64,000 nt of DNA, taken from assembly GCA_937996235.1 (NCBI GenBank), contig CALKVK010000033.1:58722-122721 (forward strand), in the 5' to 3' direction. Shown piece after piece: positions 19,289-30,174 of the stretch. The notes beneath the pieces were generated by a model. The model was not told the DNA's origin. It worked only from the letters and a program-made list of their open reading frames with translations, and did no database searches. The first letter of the stretch is position 1; every line of letters begins with the position of its first letter. This DNA comes from an uncultured bacterium (GTDB lineage Bacteria; Planctomycetota; JAJSAM01; JAJVHW01). Both the position numbers and the translations under genes were made by a program.

Positions 19289-20734
19289 ATGTCCGTCGCA
19301 GACCTGTCCGGCAAGATCCCCAACAACGTCGACCTGAAGTCCGACCGGCGCCTCCTGCGCGCGCTCGAGAGCTGGCAGCCGAAGTTCATCGACTGGTGGA
19401 TGGAGATGGGCCCGGAGGGCTTCCAGGCGGACGACGTCTATCTGCGCACCGCGATCAGCGTCGACCGCGCCGGATGGGCGCACTTCGGCCACGTGCGCAT
19501 GCCCGAGTACCGCTGGGGCATCTTCCTGGCCGACCCCGTGCCGGACCGGAAGATCCCGTTCGGCGACTTCGCCGGGCAGCCGGCCTGGCAGACGGTGCCC
19601 GGTGAGTACCGCAACATGCTGCGGCGCATCATCGTGACGCAGGCGGACACGGAGCCCGCGTCGGTCGAGCAGCAGCGGCTCCTCGGGCAGACGGCGCCGT
19701 CGCTCTACGACATGCGCAACCTGTTCCAGGTGAACGTCGAGGAGGGCCGCCACCTCTGGGCGATGGTCTACCTGCTCCAGACCTACTTCGGGCGCGACGG
19801 CCGCGAGGAGGCGGAGGACCTGCTGCACCGCCGCTCGGGCAACGCCGACAAGCCGCGCATCCTCACGACGTTCAACGATCCGTGCGAGGACTGGCTCTCG
19901 TTCTTCATGTTCACGACGTTCACGGATCGCGACGGCAAGTTCCAGCTCCAGGCCCTCGCGCAGTCCGGCTTCGACCCGCTCTCGCGCACGTGCCGTTTCA
20001 TGCTGACCGAGGAAGCGCACCACATGTTCGTCGGCGAGACCGGCGTACAGCGCGTCGTTCAGCGCACGTGCGAGGTGATGAGCGAGGTCGGCAGCGACGC
20101 GGCGGACGTGCGCCGCGCCGGCGCCGTGGACCTGGCGACCATCCAGAAGTACCTGAACCAGTGGTTCTCGAGCTCGGTCGACCTGTTCGGCGGCGAGCGC
20201 TCGAGCAACGCCGCGACCTTCTTCGCGACGGGCCTGAAGGGCCGGTTCATGGAGGAGGAGCGCTACACCGACCACGTCTGCCTCGAGGGCACGTACGAGC
20301 TGCCGATCGTCCAGGGCGACCGGCTGTCGGTCGAGCAGGTGCCGCTGCGCAACGCGATGAACGAGGTCCTCCGCGACGACTACGTGGACGACTGCGAGAA
20401 CACCGTGCGCCGCTGGAACCTCGTGCTGCAGAACCACGGCCGCGAGGAGCGCCTCTACCTCCCGCACCGCCGCTTCAACCGCCGCGTCGGCGAGTACGCC
20501 ATCGGGGAGTTCGGCGAGACCCGCTTCGATCCGCAGGGCAACCTGATCTCGGAGCACGAGTGGACGCGGCGCCGCGACGAGTGGCTGCCGACCGCCGCGG
20601 ACCTCGCGTTCGTGAAGGGGCTGATGCACCCGGTCGTCGAGCCCGGGAAGATCGCCGCCTGGATCGCGCCGCCCAAGAAGGGCATCAACGACCAGCCGTT
20701 CGAGTTCGAGTACGTCCGCCACCCGGCTGCGTAG
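19289..20734 (+). CDS. boxB: Benzoyl-CoA 2,3-epoxidase (oxygenase) subunit B, diiron enzyme BoxB
   Basis: The 481-aa protein has a characteristic N-terminus 'DLSGKIPNNVDLKSDRRLLRALESWQPKFIDWW'. Diiron E-x-x-H motifs are 'NVEEGRHLWAM' and 'MLTEEAHHMFVG'. Confidence 0.9.
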   Translation: MSVADLSGKIPNNVDLKSDRRLLRALESWQPKFIDWWMEMGPEGFQADDVYLRTAISVDRAGWAHFGHVRMPEYRWGIFLADPVPDRKIPFGDFAGQPAWQTVPGEYRNMLRRIIVTQADTEPASVEQQRLLGQTAPSLYDMRNLFQVNVEEGRHLWAMVYLLQTYFGRDGREEAEDLLHRRSGNADKPRILTTFNDPCEDWLSFFMFTTFTDRDGKFQLQALAQSGFDPLSRTCRFMLTEEAHHMFVGETGVQRVVQRTCEVMSEVGSDAADVRRAGAVDLATIQKYLNQWFSSSVDLFGGERSSNAATFFATGLKGRFMEEERYTDHVCLEGTYELPIVQGDRLSVEQVPLRNAMNEVLRDDYVDDCENTVRRWNLVLQNHGREERLYLPHRRFNRRVGEYAIGEFGETRFDPQGNLISEHEWTRRRDEWLPTAADLAFVKGLMHPVVEPGKIAAWIAPPKKGINDQPFEFEYVRHPAA

Positions 20735-20760
20735 TCCGCAAGCAGGCTCGGGGACCGTCG

Positions 20761-20782
20761 GCGCGCGGGAGCACCCGCGCGC
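20761..20782 (+). terminator. Hairpin after boxB (candidate terminator)
   Basis: GCGCGCGGG-agca-CCCGCGCGC forms a 9-bp stem 27 nt after the boxB stop. It is followed by a tgcgtgttg stretch. Confidence 0.45.
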
Positions 20783-21011
20783 TGCGTGTTGCGGGGGGTG
20801 CCCGCCCGGCATCGTCGGAGCGACACCCCCCCCGGGCTGCTACCCTCGGCGACGCGATGTTCACGCGATCGTCACGTATCCCGGGGCGCCTCGCGTGGAC
20901 CATGCCGACGTGCGCAGGCGGCGGTGATCCAGGTCACCGTCCCGCGCTCGTCGGGCGTCCTAGAATCGTGATCGTGGTCGCACGGAGCGGCCGCGCCGGA
21001 GGTACGGCAGC

Positions 21012-21452
21012 ATGAGCAAGTCGGTCCGCCTCGCAGTGCCCTTCCTGCTGATCTTCGGGGGCCTCGCCGGGCTCGTCGCGATGGGCGTCGCGCAGGGCGG
21101 AGTGCCCGAGGCGCAGGTGCACCAGATCGTGGCCGGGGAGTTCCCCGACCGCGAGGTGAAGGTGCACGGCTTCCTCGCCGCGATCGAGAGCGCGGAGCGC
21201 CCCCTGCGCTTCAGCGTGGTCGACAAGGAGAACCCGGAGCTGCGCATCCCGGTCGTCTGCGACCGGACCCGGCCCGACACCTTCCAGGAGACGTACGACG
21301 TCGCCGTGCAGGGGCGCTGGGACCCCGAGGCCAAGCACTTCGTGGCGGACCAGATCTTCTCGAAGTGCCCCTCGAAGTACGAGGCGGAGTCCAAGGCCGG
21401 GCAGACGATGCCGCAGCTCGCGTCCGACGTGGGCGTCGGACAGCCCGAGTAG
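21012..21452 (+). CDS. ccmE: Cytochrome c maturation haem chaperone CcmE, variant CxxxY type
   Basis: There is an N-terminal membrane anchor 'LAVPFLLIFGGLAGLVAM' and an OB-fold region 'VKVHGFL...FSVVD...IPVVC...VAVQGRW'. The canonical HxxxY haem-binding site is replaced by 'SKCPSKYE' (Cys codon at 21366-21368). Confidence 0.85.
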   Translation: MSKSVRLAVPFLLIFGGLAGLVAMGVAQGGVPEAQVHQIVAGEFPDREVKVHGFLAAIESAERPLRFSVVDKENPELRIPVVCDRTRPDTFQETYDVAVQGRWDPEAKHFVADQIFSKCPSKYEAESKAGQTMPQLASDVGVGQPE

Positions 21453-21463
21453 GCCCGGTCGAG

Positions 21464-23615
<2,152 letters not shown>

Positions 23616-23626
<11 letters not shown>

Positions 23627-24140
23627 CGTCGCCAGCGCGCTCCTCGTGTCCGCCGTGCTCCTGGCCGGCAACGCGGCGCCGGCCTTCGCGCAGGCGGTCG
23701 GCGCCGTGCACGACCACGCCGGGAAGATCCGGCTCGAGGAACTCCCGGTCGAGCTGCGCACGCGGGCGCGGACGCTCTGGTCGAACGTGATCTGCGCGTG
23801 CCCGAGCGAGAACTGGTCCAAGTCCCTGCTCAACTGTCCGGACGGCTGCGCGGACGCGCAGAAGCAGGAGATCCTGCAGCATCTGCAGGACGGTTGGGAC
23901 GACGAGGCCATCCTGAAGGAGCAGCTCGACAAGTACTCCTCACGGGTCATCGGCGCGCCCGACGACGTGCTCTCGTATGCGCTCCCCCTGGCGGCCCTCG
24001 TCGCGTCCGTGGTGGTGCTCGGCACCGTGTACGCGTCGCTGCGGCGTCGCTCCGCCCAGGAACGCGCCGAGCGCGGCACGGTGCGCGCCGACGAGGGCGA
24101 ACTCGCCGCGGTGGAGCGCGAACTCCAGGAGTTGCGCTGA
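23616..24140 (+). CDS. ccmH: CcmH/NrfF-like cytochrome c biogenesis protein with non-canonical cysteine motifs
   Basis: A TTG start at 23616 overlaps the ccmF end. Features are a signal peptide, a CcmH-like core 'LWSNVICACPSENWSKSLLNCPDGCADAQKQEILQHLQDGWDDEAILKEQLDKYSSRVIGAP', and a C-terminal TM helix. The usual LRCxxC is replaced by C-A-C plus C-P-D-G-C. Confidence 0.6.
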
Positions 24141-24141
24141 G

Positions 24142-24459
24142 ATGCTGTGGCTCGCAGTGCTCGTCGTCCTCTGCCTCGCGCTCCTCGCCGGCATCCTGGT
24201 GCCGCTGCTGCGGCCCAAGGAGCCGTGGGGGGTTCCCGAGATGGAGACGCAGCTCGATCGCCTGCTCGCCGAGAAGCAGCGCACGCTGCGTGTCCTGAAG
24301 GACCTCGACCACGAGCACCGCGCAGGGCTCATGGACGACGCCACGCACAGCGACGCGCGTGCGGAGTACCTGGAGCGCGCCGTGGAGCTCAACCGCGAGA
24401 TCGCGAGCCTCACGGGCGTGGATCCGTCGCGCATGGCCGTCGAGGAGGGCGCCACGTGA
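24142..24459 (+). CDS. Small membrane protein resembling the N-terminal module of CcmI (TM helix plus cytoplasmic coiled coil)
   Basis: The ATG at 24142 lies 1 nt after the ccmH stop. 'MLWLAVLVVLCLALLAGILVPLLRPKE' resembles the CcmI N-terminus. A charged helical segment follows. The protein is 105 aa. Confidence 0.55.
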   Translation: MLWLAVLVVLCLALLAGILVPLLRPKEPWGVPEMETQLDRLLAEKQRTLRVLKDLDHEHRAGLMDDATHSDARAEYLERAVELNREIASLTGVDPSRMAVEEGAT

Positions 24460-25871
24460 GGTGGCTCGTGGCGCTGATCGTCGGCGCCGCGTGCAGCGCC
24501 GTCGCGGTCGCGGCCGAGGATGCGGACGCGACGTGGCGCATGGAGGCGCGCGCGCTCGACGCGACGACGCAGATGCGCCAGTCGCGATCGCGGCCGAACA
24601 GCGACGCCGTCGTGCTGCCTGGCGTCGACATCCACGTGCAGGTTCGGGCGCCGGGCCTCGATCCCTGGGTGCTCGAGGCGCACACCGACGGCAAGGGCAT
24701 CTTCTCGCTGGAAGGGCGCCGCCCCCCGCCGGGCGCCAGCGTCGACTTCGTCATCTCCCCGGAGCGCGAGGCCTCGGGCAGGCCGGCGCTCTACGCACGG
24801 CCGTGGCGCGTGGACGACGGTCCGGCGCCCCGCGACGTGTCGTTCTACGAGGTCGCGACCGACTCCGACGCGGTGTACGTGGAGCGCTGGATCCAGGTCG
24901 TCACCACGATCGACCGCGACGAGTCGCAGAAGGCCATCGAGCTGCGTTCCACGGCGATGGTCGTCAACGCGGGCGACCAGGTGTGGTTCGGCGATGCCGA
25001 ACACCAGGATCCGACCACGTTCGCGATGCCCTGTCCGCCGGGGTTCCGGCTCATGAACGTCACGCTCGACGGCCAGGACATGTCGCCGGACGTCGACCGG
25101 CTGGTTCACGGCGGCGAAGGGTACGTGTATCGCACTCCGATCTTCCCGACCGCCGGTGGACGGCCCATGTTGTTCGTGGCGATGTTCTCCGCGCCGTACG
25201 AGAAGGGACGGACCGTCGACCTGTCGTGGCACGCGCCGCTGGCGGTCGACGAGTACCTCCTGAACATCCAGGAGGACGCTTTCACCTACATCGAGCCGGG
25301 CGAAGACGCGCCAGCCGCAGCACTGGCGGACGGCGGCGTGAACGGCGCGATGGGCAACCGCCAGATCGTCACGCACTCCTGGGGCCTGCGCTCGATCCCG
25401 GCGCACGCGGACCTCTCCGCGCGACTCCTGTGCGGCACGCGCTTTCCGTGGCGCCCGACGCTGTGGGTGGCCGCGATCGCGTTGCTCGTCGCCGGTGCGG
25501 GAGCGCTCGGGGTCGCGGCGTCGCGCGTGCAGCGGCGGCACTCCGCGCGCACCGAGCCGCCGGCAGCGAGCGTGCCGCCGGACGAGCAGGCGCACGAGCT
25601 CGAGCTCCTGGGACGGCGGCTGCAGCGCCGCGAGATCTCGCAGTTCGAGTACGAGGCGCGGCGGGCCGCGATCGAGGGACGCATCGTCGAGTCCCACAGC
25701 CCCGCCGGTCACGACACCGCGGCCACTGCAGGGCAGCCACGCTCGCGCGAGCGGCTGCTCGCCGAGACGGAGACGATTCTCGCGCACGTCGACGCGGCGT
25801 CGCCGAAGCAACTCCGGAAGGACGTGCGCACCCTGGCCCGCACCGTGCGCGAACTGCTGCAGGACGGATGA
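24456..25871 (+). CDS. Hypothetical bitopic protein in the ccm operon (signal/anchor, ~370-aa periplasmic beta-rich domain, TM helix, SHOCT-like cytoplasmic tail)
   Basis: The GTG at 24456 overlaps the upstream stop (GTGA). The N-terminus is 'MRWLVALIVGAACSAVAVAA'. An Ig/carboxypeptidase-regulatory-like strand reads 'HTDGKGIFSLEG'. The second TM helix is 'TLWVAAIALLVAGAGALGVAA', followed by 'ELELLGRRLQRREISQFEYEARRAAIEGRI'. Confidence 0.6.
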   Translation: MRWLVALIVGAACSAVAVAAEDADATWRMEARALDATTQMRQSRSRPNSDAVVLPGVDIHVQVRAPGLDPWVLEAHTDGKGIFSLEGRRPPPGASVDFVISPEREASGRPALYARPWRVDDGPAPRDVSFYEVATDSDAVYVERWIQVVTTIDRDESQKAIELRSTAMVVNAGDQVWFGDAEHQDPTTFAMPCPPGFRLMNVTLDGQDMSPDVDRLVHGGEGYVYRTPIFPTAGGRPMLFVAMFSAPYEKGRTVDLSWHAPLAVDEYLLNIQEDAFTYIEPGEDAPAAALADGGVNGAMGNRQIVTHSWGLRSIPAHADLSARLLCGTRFPWRPTLWVAAIALLVAGAGALGVAASRVQRRHSARTEPPAASVPPDEQAHELELLGRRLQRREISQFEYEARRAAIEGRIVESHSPAGHDTAATAGQPRSRERLLAETETILAHVDAASPKQLRKDVRTLARTVRELLQDG

Positions 25872-26560
25872 CGGCCCAGGCATTCCAGGTCCGCGGCGTG
25901 TGGAAGCGCTTCGGGGGCCGCGACGCGCTGTCCAACGTGACGCTGTCCGCGCCGCTGGGCAGTTGCCTCGCGCTGCTCGGCCACAACGGCTCCGGCAAGA
26001 CCACACTGCTGCGGATGCTCGCGACGTTGGCGACGCCGACCGAGGGCGACGTCACCGTGCTCGGCATGTCGCTCCGCGACGACGTCCGTGCGCTGCGCTC
26101 GCGCATCGGCGTCGTGCTGGATCGTCACCTGCTCCCGCGCGACTTCCCGCTCGGGGACGCGCTGCGGATGTACGCGGGACTCTACGGCGTGCAGGATGCC
26201 GCGGACCGCGTCGAGGAGCTCGCCACGCGGCTCGGGCTCGGGCGCCGGCTCGACGATCCCGTGCGCACGTTCTCGCGCGGCATGGGACAGCGCGCGTCGA
26301 TCTGCCGCGCCCTGCTCCACGATCCCGAGCTCCTGCTCCTCGACGAGCCGTTCACCGGCCTCGACGCCCGCGCGATGGACGTGACCGACGAGGTGATCCG
26401 CGCGACGATCGCGGCGGGGCGCAGCGTGGTCCTCGTCACTCACGACCTCGAGCGCGCAGCGCGGCTCGCGACGCACGCCGCCGTGCTCGCGGACGGTCGC
26501 GTGGTGTTCCAGGGCGACCCCGCGGAGGCTGCTGCGGCGGCCGCCCGAGGCGCCGCATGA
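25868..26560 (+). CDS. ccmA: Haem exporter ATP-binding protein CcmA
   Basis: The ATGA overlap is at 25868-25871. Walker A 'GHNGSGKTT', signature 'FSRGMGQRASI' and Walker B 'LLLLDEPFTGLD' are present. The gene is followed by ccmB and ccmC. Confidence 0.85.
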   Translation: MTAQAFQVRGVWKRFGGRDALSNVTLSAPLGSCLALLGHNGSGKTTLLRMLATLATPTEGDVTVLGMSLRDDVRALRSRIGVVLDRHLLPRDFPLGDALRMYAGLYGVQDAADRVEELATRLGLGRRLDDPVRTFSRGMGQRASICRALLHDPELLLLDEPFTGLDARAMDVTDEVIRATIAAGRSVVLVTHDLERAARLATHAAVLADGRVVFQGDPAEAAAAAARGAA

Positions 26561-27255
26561 CGGCGCCGTCCGAACTGCGGCTGTTCCGGACGCTCGTGGC
26601 CTGGGACTTCCTGCGCGAGATGCGGCGCCGCACGACGCTCCTCAGCATGGGCGTCATGGGTGTGATCACGCTCTTCCTGTTCTCGTTCGCGATCCGCCCC
26701 GAGGACGCCGTCCTCGCGAACACGCGCGCCGGCATCCTGTGGGTGACGTTCCTGCTGGCGGCGACGATCGGGATCGATCGCGCGTTCCGCAACGACGCCG
26801 AGTCGGGAGTGCTCGAGGGGCTGCTGCTCGCGCCGGTCGGCCGGGCGACCCTGTACTACGCCCGCGTGACATCGACATTCCTGTTCGTCGCATCGCTGCA
26901 GGCGCTGCTGCTCGTCCTCTTCCTCCTGCTCTTCAATCAGGAGATCCCGCGCGCCACGCTGGCGCCGATGCTCGCGATCGTCGCGGCCACGAGCCTTGGC
27001 TTCGTCGCCGTCGGCGTGCTGATCAGCGCGATGACGTGGTCGCTGCCGGCCGGAGACGTGCTCCTGCGCATCCTGCTCTTCCCGATGCTCCTGCCCGTGT
27101 TCAACGTTGCGGTCGAAGCGACCGACAAGGCGTTCGCCGGCCGCGCGCCCTCGTGGCTGCACGTCGGGATGATCTGCGCGTTCGACCTGCTCTTCCTCGG
27201 CGCCGGTCACCTGCTGTTCGAACATCTCGTCAAGGACTCGGGAGGGCGCACATGA
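26557..27255 (+). CDS. ccmB: Haem exporter membrane protein CcmB
   Basis: The ATGA overlap is at 26557-26560. The ~230-aa protein has six predicted TM helices, with 'FRNDAESGVLEGLLLAP' typical of CcmB. Confidence 0.8.
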   Translation: MTAPSELRLFRTLVAWDFLREMRRRTTLLSMGVMGVITLFLFSFAIRPEDAVLANTRAGILWVTFLLAATIGIDRAFRNDAESGVLEGLLLAPVGRATLYYARVTSTFLFVASLQALLLVLFLLLFNQEIPRATLAPMLAIVAATSLGFVAVGVLISAMTWSLPAGDVLLRILLFPMLLPVFNVAVEATDKAFAGRAPSWLHVGMICAFDLLFLGAGHLLFEHLVKDSGGRT

Positions 27256-28010
27256 ACACCGCGGCCGCAGCATCCGACGCGGACTGGTCGCAGGGAGCCA
27301 TCCCCTTCGAGCGCCCGGCTCCCTCGAGGTTCTTCGTGGCGCACGCGGCGCTTGCGCTCGGCGCGCTGCTCTGGCTCAACTGGACGATCGTTCACGACGT
27401 GCCGCTCGCGATCAAGGGCATCGGCTCGTCGTATCTCATCTTCTTCTACCACTTCCCGTCCGCGCTCAACATGGGCGTCGCGTACACGGCGCTCATGGCG
27501 TTCAGTGTCGCCTACCTGCGCACGAAGCGCCCGGTCTGGGACCGTCGCGCGCGCGCCGCAGCCGAGGTGGGGTTCCTCGCCAACGCCGTGTTGCTGCTGA
27601 CCGGGTCGACCTGGGCCAAGGCCGCGTGGAACGCCTGGTGGGTCTGGAACGACCCCCGTCTGATGAGCGCGGCCGTCATGTCGCTCGTCTACGTCGGCTA
27701 CCTGATGCTCGAGAGCGCGATCGAGGAGCCGCAGCGGCGGCGCCAGATCTCGGCCGTGTACGGCATCCTCGCGTTCGTGAACCTGCCGGTCGTGTACTAC
27801 TCCATCCAGTGGTTCGGCGTCGCCAGCCATCCCATGAAGATGGACGGGATGTCGGACCCGGCGATCAAGAGCGCGAAGTGGCTGTCCGTGCTCCTGTTCG
27901 TGCCGTTCTATCTTCTGCTCTATCGCTGGAGCTACGACAGGCGCACCCGCGCCGAGCACGTCGAGGACGTCCTGCAGCGCGTCCGACGGCTCGAGGAGAA
28001 GGCCGCATGA
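27252..28010 (+). CDS. ccmC: Haem exporter / haem-handling protein CcmC
   Basis: The ATGA overlap is at 27252-27255. The WWD motif is 'WAKAAWNAWWVWNDPRL'. Conserved His-containing loops are present ('FFYHFP', 'ASHPMK'). Confidence 0.85.
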   Translation: MNTAAAASDADWSQGAIPFERPAPSRFFVAHAALALGALLWLNWTIVHDVPLAIKGIGSSYLIFFYHFPSALNMGVAYTALMAFSVAYLRTKRPVWDRRARAAAEVGFLANAVLLLTGSTWAKAAWNAWWVWNDPRLMSAAVMSLVYVGYLMLESAIEEPQRRRQISAVYGILAFVNLPVVYYSIQWFGVASHPMKMDGMSDPAIKSAKWLSVLLFVPFYLLLYRWSYDRRTRAEHVEDVLQRVRRLEEKAA

Positions 28011-28240
28011 ACCGCAATCGCCTCTGGCTCTCCGCGCTCGCGATCGTCGCACTGGCGATGCCCGCGTTCGCGGCGGACGATCCGGCGCCCCCCGAAGACT
28101 ACCGCTGGGCGGTCTACACGGGGTGTTCGCTGGTCTTCGGTGCCATCGTGGTGTTCCTGGTCACGACGCACATGCGCGGCGCGCGACTCGCCGAGGACCT
28201 CGACCGCCTCGGTCGGCGCGTCGACGCCCTGGAGCAGTAG
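28007..28240 (+). CDS. ccmD: Small membrane protein in the CcmD position (77 aa)
   Basis: The ATGA overlap with ccmC is at 28007-28010. There is one signal/anchor segment and one TM helix ('VYTGCSLVFGAIVVFLVTTHM'). The assignment rests on position and size only. Confidence 0.5.
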   Translation: MNRNRLWLSALAIVALAMPAFAADDPAPPEDYRWAVYTGCSLVFGAIVVFLVTTHMRGARLAEDLDRLGRRVDALEQ

Positions 28241-28292
28241 GGGACGGTCCGGGCGAGACACGCGCACGGGTGTCGCCCGTGCGTCGTAGACT

Positions 28293-29468
28293 GTGCGCGA
28301 CGGTGGGAGGGAGCCCCGGCACGGAGGCTCCCGGATCGTGTCCCTGGCTGCCGCACCACGTGTGCAGGACTCGGCGGAGGACGACGCAGTCGCGGCCGCG
28401 GTCGCGCGGCTGGCGCACGACCTCGGCGCGGTGGTCGCCGTGCTCGCGCCACGCGTCGACGACGCGTCGCTGAGCGACCTGGTCCGCACGCTCGAAGGCG
28501 TGTGCCGCTGCGAGCACGACCTGCGACGACTGATCGCCGCGTGTCTTCTCCGCGCCGAGCGCGTCGCTTCGTCGCAGGTCGAGGGAGTTGCCGGAGCCGG
28601 ATGGGCCGAGGTCGGCGCGACGAGCCTGTCGCAGCTCGCCGAGGAGCGGCTCTCTCTCAGCGCCACCGAGGCTTGGCAGCTCGTGCGGGCCGCCCGTGCC
28701 GCGCAGACTTCGGCCGCGCTCGCGCTGCGTGTCGAGTCGCGGGATCTGGCGCTCGCGAAGGCGGCGAGCATCGAGCGCGTGCTCGTCGCCGTGCGAGAGA
28801 ACGGTGACGAGCAGCGCCTACTCGACTTCGCCTGCGCCAACACGACGCACGCCACACGGCGCGAGGTCGCTCGGATCGAGGAGGAACTGCGGACCGCGGA
28901 GCGCACCAGCAGCGTAACGCTGCATCTCACGCGCCGCGCGCTCGCCGACCTCCAGCGCTCGCGCGAACTCCTGGCCGACGGTCGCGGCGGACCGCTGCCC
29001 TCAGCGAGCAACGCCGTGACGACTGCGCTCGCGGAGTTCGTCGAGCGTCACTGCCCCGAGCGAGGTGCCGGCCGAGCACGAAGACGCGGCGCCGGCGGTG
29101 CGAACGAGGGCGACGCCGACACCGCGAACGAGGGCGGACCCTCGCGAACGGACCGCGCGCAGCGAGCCGAAGCGAAGCGCTCCGGTCGGGCTGTCCCGTC
29201 GCACGTTCGGCACGAGCTGACGGAGCTCTGCGGGGACGTGTGCTGGGTCGCAGGATGCGACGAGCGCGGGGCGTTGCAGACCGCGCATCGCCAGGCGTTT
29301 CGACACGGAGGCGGACAGGATGCTCGCAATCTCGCGCGATGGTGCCTGCATCACCACCGCTTGATCGACTCGGGGGAACTACAGCTGCGAGCCGGTCGCG
29401 ACGGTGGGGTTCTCGTGTCGCGAGCGGGCGTGCCCGTCGCGCGCACGCGCCCTGGCGTGCCGCCGTGA
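28293..29468 (+). CDS. HNH endonuclease domain protein (DUF222-like architecture)
   Basis: The C-terminal HNH-like motif is 'CWVAGCDERGALQTAHRQAFRHGGGQDARNLARWCLHHHRLID'. The long helical N-terminal region resembles actinobacterial DUF222/HNH proteins. Codon usage is visibly less GC3-biased than in the neighbours (cta, gaa, cga, ttt). The start is uncertain: GTG at 28293, or GTG at 28338 after GGAGG. Confidence 0.6.
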   Translation: MRDGGREPRHGGSRIVSLAAAPRVQDSAEDDAVAAAVARLAHDLGAVVAVLAPRVDDASLSDLVRTLEGVCRCEHDLRRLIAACLLRAERVASSQVEGVAGAGWAEVGATSLSQLAEERLSLSATEAWQLVRAARAAQTSAALALRVESRDLALAKAASIERVLVAVRENGDEQRLLDFACANTTHATRREVARIEEELRTAERTSSVTLHLTRRALADLQRSRELLADGRGGPLPSASNAVTTALAEFVERHCPERGAGRARRRGAGGANEGDADTANEGGPSRTDRAQRAEAKRSGRAVPSHVRHELTELCGDVCWVAGCDERGALQTAHRQAFRHGGGQDARNLARWCLHHHRLIDSGELQLRAGRDGGVLVSRAGVPVARTRPGVPP

Positions 29469-29514
29469 CAGCCGCGACGCGCGGCCGCTGGGATCTGGTC
29501 GCGAGCGCGCGACG

Positions 29515-30078
29515 TCAGGCGTGCGAGTCCCACAGGACATCGGCGACGCCTCTGTGGCGATTCTCGCTGCGGCTCATGACGAACAGCAGGTCCGAGAGTC
29601 GATTCAGGTACCGCACGGCGTCCGGGCCGACGCGCTCGGTCGCCGCGAGACGGATCACGCGGCGCTCGGCGCGCCGAGCGACGGTGCGCGCGACGTGCAG
29701 GTGCGCTGCGCCGACGGCACCACCCGGCAGCACGAAGTTCGCCAGAGGGGGGAGCTCCGCCTGGAGGGTGTCGATGTCGCTCTCGAGTGCCAGCACGTGT
29801 CGTGCCTCGATGCGCGGCACGGTCGGGACGCCTTCCCCGTCCTCGGGGACGCAGAGATCGCTTCCCAGATGGAACAGCTCGTTCTGGATCCGGCTCAGCA
29901 TCGTCGCAATGCGCGGCTCCAGATCCGCAGTGCGGCAGACGCCGACGACGGCATTCAGCTCGTCGACGGTTCCGTAGGCCTCGATGCGTGCAGCGTCCTT
30001 CGGCAGGCGCACGCCGGATCCGAGCGCCGTCGTGCCGTCGTCGCCCGTGCGCGTGTAGACCTTGGTGATCCGAGGCAT
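29515..30078 (-). CDS. pduO: ATP:cob(I)alamin adenosyltransferase, PduO type
   Basis: The N-terminus 'MPRITKVYTRTGDDGTT' is typical. Further matches are 'RIEAYGTVDELNAVVG', 'IQNELFHLGSDL' and 'FVLPGG...AHLHVARTVARRAERR'. Confidence 0.9.
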   Translation of the reverse strand: MPRITKVYTRTGDDGTTALGSGVRLPKDAARIEAYGTVDELNAVVGVCRTADLEPRIATMLSRIQNELFHLGSDLCVPEDGEGVPTVPRIEARHVLALESDIDTLQAELPPLANFVLPGGAVGAAHLHVARTVARRAERRVIRLAATERVGPDAVRYLNRLSDLLFVMSRSENRHRGVADVLWDSHA

Positions 30079-30174
30079 GTCGGCCCTCCGCGAGGACGCG
30101 TCGCGCTGGCGGGGTCGCCGCCCGGGCTCAGGTTTGGAGCCGACCGTGGGCGGGGGACTCTGCAGGCTGCCCCG

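Noticed and set aside
20735-21011. A possible hidden boxA or other small gene in the 277-bp gap after boxB.
   Set aside because: The only ORFs are a 61-aa Arg/Ser-rich ORF on the plus strand and a 72-aa Arg/Gly/Pro-rich ORF (20685-20903) on the minus strand. Neither has a motif or codon bias. The gap more plausibly holds the boxB terminator hairpin and the ccm promoter.
28241-29514. The HNH gene as a bona fide mobile element.
   Set aside because: I could find no flanking inverted or direct repeats, no transposase, integrase or tRNA gene, and no intein or intron context. It is reported only as a possible horizontally acquired gene.
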